This document shows positions 61,190 to 64,000 of a stretch of 64,000 bases of DNA, in pieces. The position numbers and the translations under genes were made by a program. The notes beneath the pieces were generated by a model that saw nothing but the letters and a program-made list of their open reading frames with translations, was not told the origin of the DNA and made no database searches. Source of the DNA: Malacoraja senta (Eukaryota); NCBI GenBank assembly GCA_038087875.1, contig CM075978.1, forward strand, positions 60,016,001 through 60,080,000. Reading direction: 5' to 3'. Within the stretch, counting starts at the first letter, position 1. The number at the start of each line of letters is the position of its first letter.

Positions 61190-63337
61190 ACATAGAAAAT
61201 AGGTGCAGGAGTAGGCCATTCGGCCCTTCGAGGCTGCACCGCCATTCAATATGATCATGGCTGATCATCCAACTCAGTATCCTGTACCTGCCTTCTCTCC
61301 ATACCCCCTGATCCCTTTAGCCACAAGGGCCACATCTAACTCCCTCTTAAATATAGCCAATGAACTGGCCTCAACTACCTTCTGTGGCAGAGAGTTCCAG
61401 AGATTCACCACTCTCTGTGTGAAAAATGTTTTTCTCATCTCGGTCCTAAAGGATTTCCCCTTTATCCTTAAACTGTGACCCCTTGTCCTGTACTTCCCCA
61501 ACATCGGGAACAATCTTCCTGCATCTAGCCTGTCCAACCCCTTAAGAAATTTGTAAGTTTCTATAAGATGCCCCCTAAATCTTCTAAATTCTTGCGAGTA
61601 CAAGCCGAGTCTATCCAGTCTTTCTTCATATGAAAGTCCTGCCATCCCAGGAATCAGTCTAGTGAACCTTCTCTGTACTCCCTCTATGGCAAGAATGTTT
61701 TTCCTCCGATTTGGAGACCAAAACTGTACGCAATACTCCAGGTGTGGTCTCACCAAGACCCTATACAACTGCAGTAGAACCTCCCTGCTCCTATACTCAA
61801 ATCCTTTTGCTATGAATGCTAACATACCATTCGCTTTCTTCACTGCCTGCTGCACCTGCATGCCTACTTTCAATGACTGGTGTACCATGACACCCAGGTC
61901 TCGTTGCATCTCCCCTTTTCCTAATCGGCCACCATTTAGATAATAGTCTACTTTCCTGTTTTTGCCACCAAAGTGGATAACCTCACATTTATCCACATTA
62001 TACTGCATCTGCCATGCATTTGCCCACTCACCCAGCCTATCCAAGTCACCTTGCAGCCTCCTAGCATCCTCCTCACAGCTAACATTGCCCCCCAGCTTCG
62101 TGTCATCCGCAAACTTGGAGATTTTGCATTCAATTCCCTCGTTCAAATCATTAATATATATTGTAAATAGCTGGGGTCCCAGCACTGAGCCTTGCGGTAC
62201 CCCACTAGTCACTGCCAGCCATTCTGAAAAGGACCCGTTTACTCCTACTCTTTGCTTCCTGTTTGCCAGCCAGTTCTCTATCCACATCAATACTGAACCC
62301 CCAATCCCGTGTGCTTTAAGCTTGTATACTAATCTCTTATGTGGGACCTTGTCGAAAGCCTTCTGAAAGTCCAGATATAACACATCCACTGGTTCTCCCT
62401 TATCCACTCCACTAGATACATCCTCGAAAATTTGTATAAGATTCGTCAGACATGATTTACCTTTCGTAAATCCATGCTGACTTTGCCCAATGATTTCACC
62501 ACTTTCCAAATATGCTGCTATCCCATCTTTAATAACTGACTCTAGCAGTTTCCCCACTACCGATGTTAGACTAATTGGTCTGTAATTCACCGTTTTCTCT
62601 CTCCCTCCCTTTTTAAAAAGTGGGGTTACATTAGCTACCCTCCAATCCTCAGGAACTACTCTAGAATCTAAGGTGTTTTGAAAAATTATCACTAATGCAT
62701 CCACTATTTCTGGGCTACTTCCTTAAGTACTCTGGGATGCAGCCTATCTGGCCCTGGAGATTTATCGGCCTTTAATCCATTCAATTTACCTAACACCACT
62801 TCCCGGCTAACCTGGATTTCACTCAGTTCCTCCATCTCATTTGACCCACAGTCCCCTGCTATTTCCGGCAGATTATTTATGTCTTCCTTAGTGAAGACAG
62901 AACCAAAGAAGTTATTCAATTGGTCTGCCATGTCCTTGTTCCCCATGATCAATTCACCTGTTTCTGACTGCAAGGGACCTACATTTGTTTTAACTAATCT
63001 CTTTCTCTTCACATATCTATAAATACTTTTGCAGTCAGTTTTTATGTTCCCTGCCAATTTTCTTTCATAATCTATTTTCCCTTTCCTAATTAAGCCCTTT
63101 GTCCTCCTCTGCTGAACTCTGAATTTCTCCCAGTCCTCTGGTAGGCTGCTTTTTCTGGCTAATTTGTACGCTTCATCTTTTGTTTAGATACTATCCCTGA
63201 TTTCACTTGTTATCCACGGATGCACTACCTTCCCTGGTTTATTCTTTTGCCAAACTGGGATGAACAATTGTTGTAGTTCATCCATGCAGTCTTTAAATGC
63301 CTTCCATTGCATATCCACCGTCAACCCTTTAAGAATT
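61190..63337 (-). mobile_element. CR1 LINE, 5'-truncated, same family as 3908-7992
   Basis: RT ORF 61274..62704 is nearly identical to the first copy. A 1-bp deletion near 62713 breaks the frame. Confidence 0.95.
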
Positions 63338-63469
63338 AAAGGACATATCGTACATGCGTGTCTGTCTCACCTTGGCTTAGCACCATGTGAATTAAACTCA
63401 GAGCTCCCCACGCACAGAACGGTGTGTCTGTGTCTGTGTGTCTGTATGTGTGTTCCATTCTGACAGTCG

Positions 63470-63550
63470 CCGTTCCACTTGCCGCTTTTTCAGGCGACTG
63501 CCGGCAACTTCACAGTCGCCTGAAAAATCGCCTGTCGGACAGGCCCATTA
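63470..63550. mobile_element. Short Harbinger-type MITE remnant
   Basis: Internal inverted repeat TTTTTCAGGCGACTG / CAGTCGCCTGAAAAA and terminus GGACAGGCCCATTA. Confidence 0.55.
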
Positions 63551-64000
63551 GGCACTTTACTACGGTCCAAGCTGCAAAAATGCATTAAGCCAGGGGAGGA
63601 GAAATTTATTAGGACCATTTGCTCTAAGAGGCATCACATCTCTTAGATTAAATCATTTACACTGAACACAAGATGACGGACCAGATGATAAGATTGTAAG
63701 TGAAGGAGGTGTGGGGATCCAGAGGTAGGTATTGCAGAAGCCTTGGACCCTGTTTTTGGTCCAGTAAATTTGAGCCTTTTGCAACCTGCGTGAACATTGC
63801 AAAAGAGACTGTAGCACTAGTGAGGGAGTTAAAAGTGATGCAGATATAGTGAAGGCCAGTATTGTTAGAGGGATAGACAATGCCAGGAGATGAAAATGCT
63901 TAGATGCCAATCAGGGCCAGGTGAGGGACACTAATCTAACAACTAAAATCCATTTAACAAAATAAAATTAGCAAATAGTTAAAATTACTAAAGCAATATG

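Noticed and set aside
54278-64000. Further upstream MGA exons including the T-box
   Set aside because: None recognised; the region is almost entirely TE-derived, so they presumably lie beyond the window.

Overview
Repeat-dense vertebrate genomic DNA. The repeat content (HE1-type V-SINEs, esterase-ORF1 CR1 LINEs, Rex1/Babar, Penelope-like elements) suggests a cartilaginous fish, probably a skate or ray; this is an inference. The only host gene I can support is the 3' part of MGA (MAX dimerization protein) on the minus strand: nine coding exons between 54277 and 33952. All eight introns are GT-AG with compatible phases, and the exons include the bHLH-ZIP; the 5' exons (T-box) are not seen in this window. 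The rest is mostly transposons: a near-complete CR1, a deleted Gypsy, a 5'-truncated L1, an IR/DR Tc1 with a nested Rex1, a 1.3-kb solo LTR, Helitron, Harbinger, hAT and mariner-type non-autonomous elements, and Penelope relics. The main finding is two copies of a ~140-nt TSD-flanked retroposon whose first 54 nt fold as a minimal HDV-like self-cleaving ribozyme, with the predicted cleavage site at the element's 5' end. Also notable are a U_UUA_AAC -1 frameshift signal at the CR1 ORF1/ORF2 junction and many Penelope-derived minimal hammerhead motifs. Protein and repeat-family assignments are from recalled motifs, not database searches.
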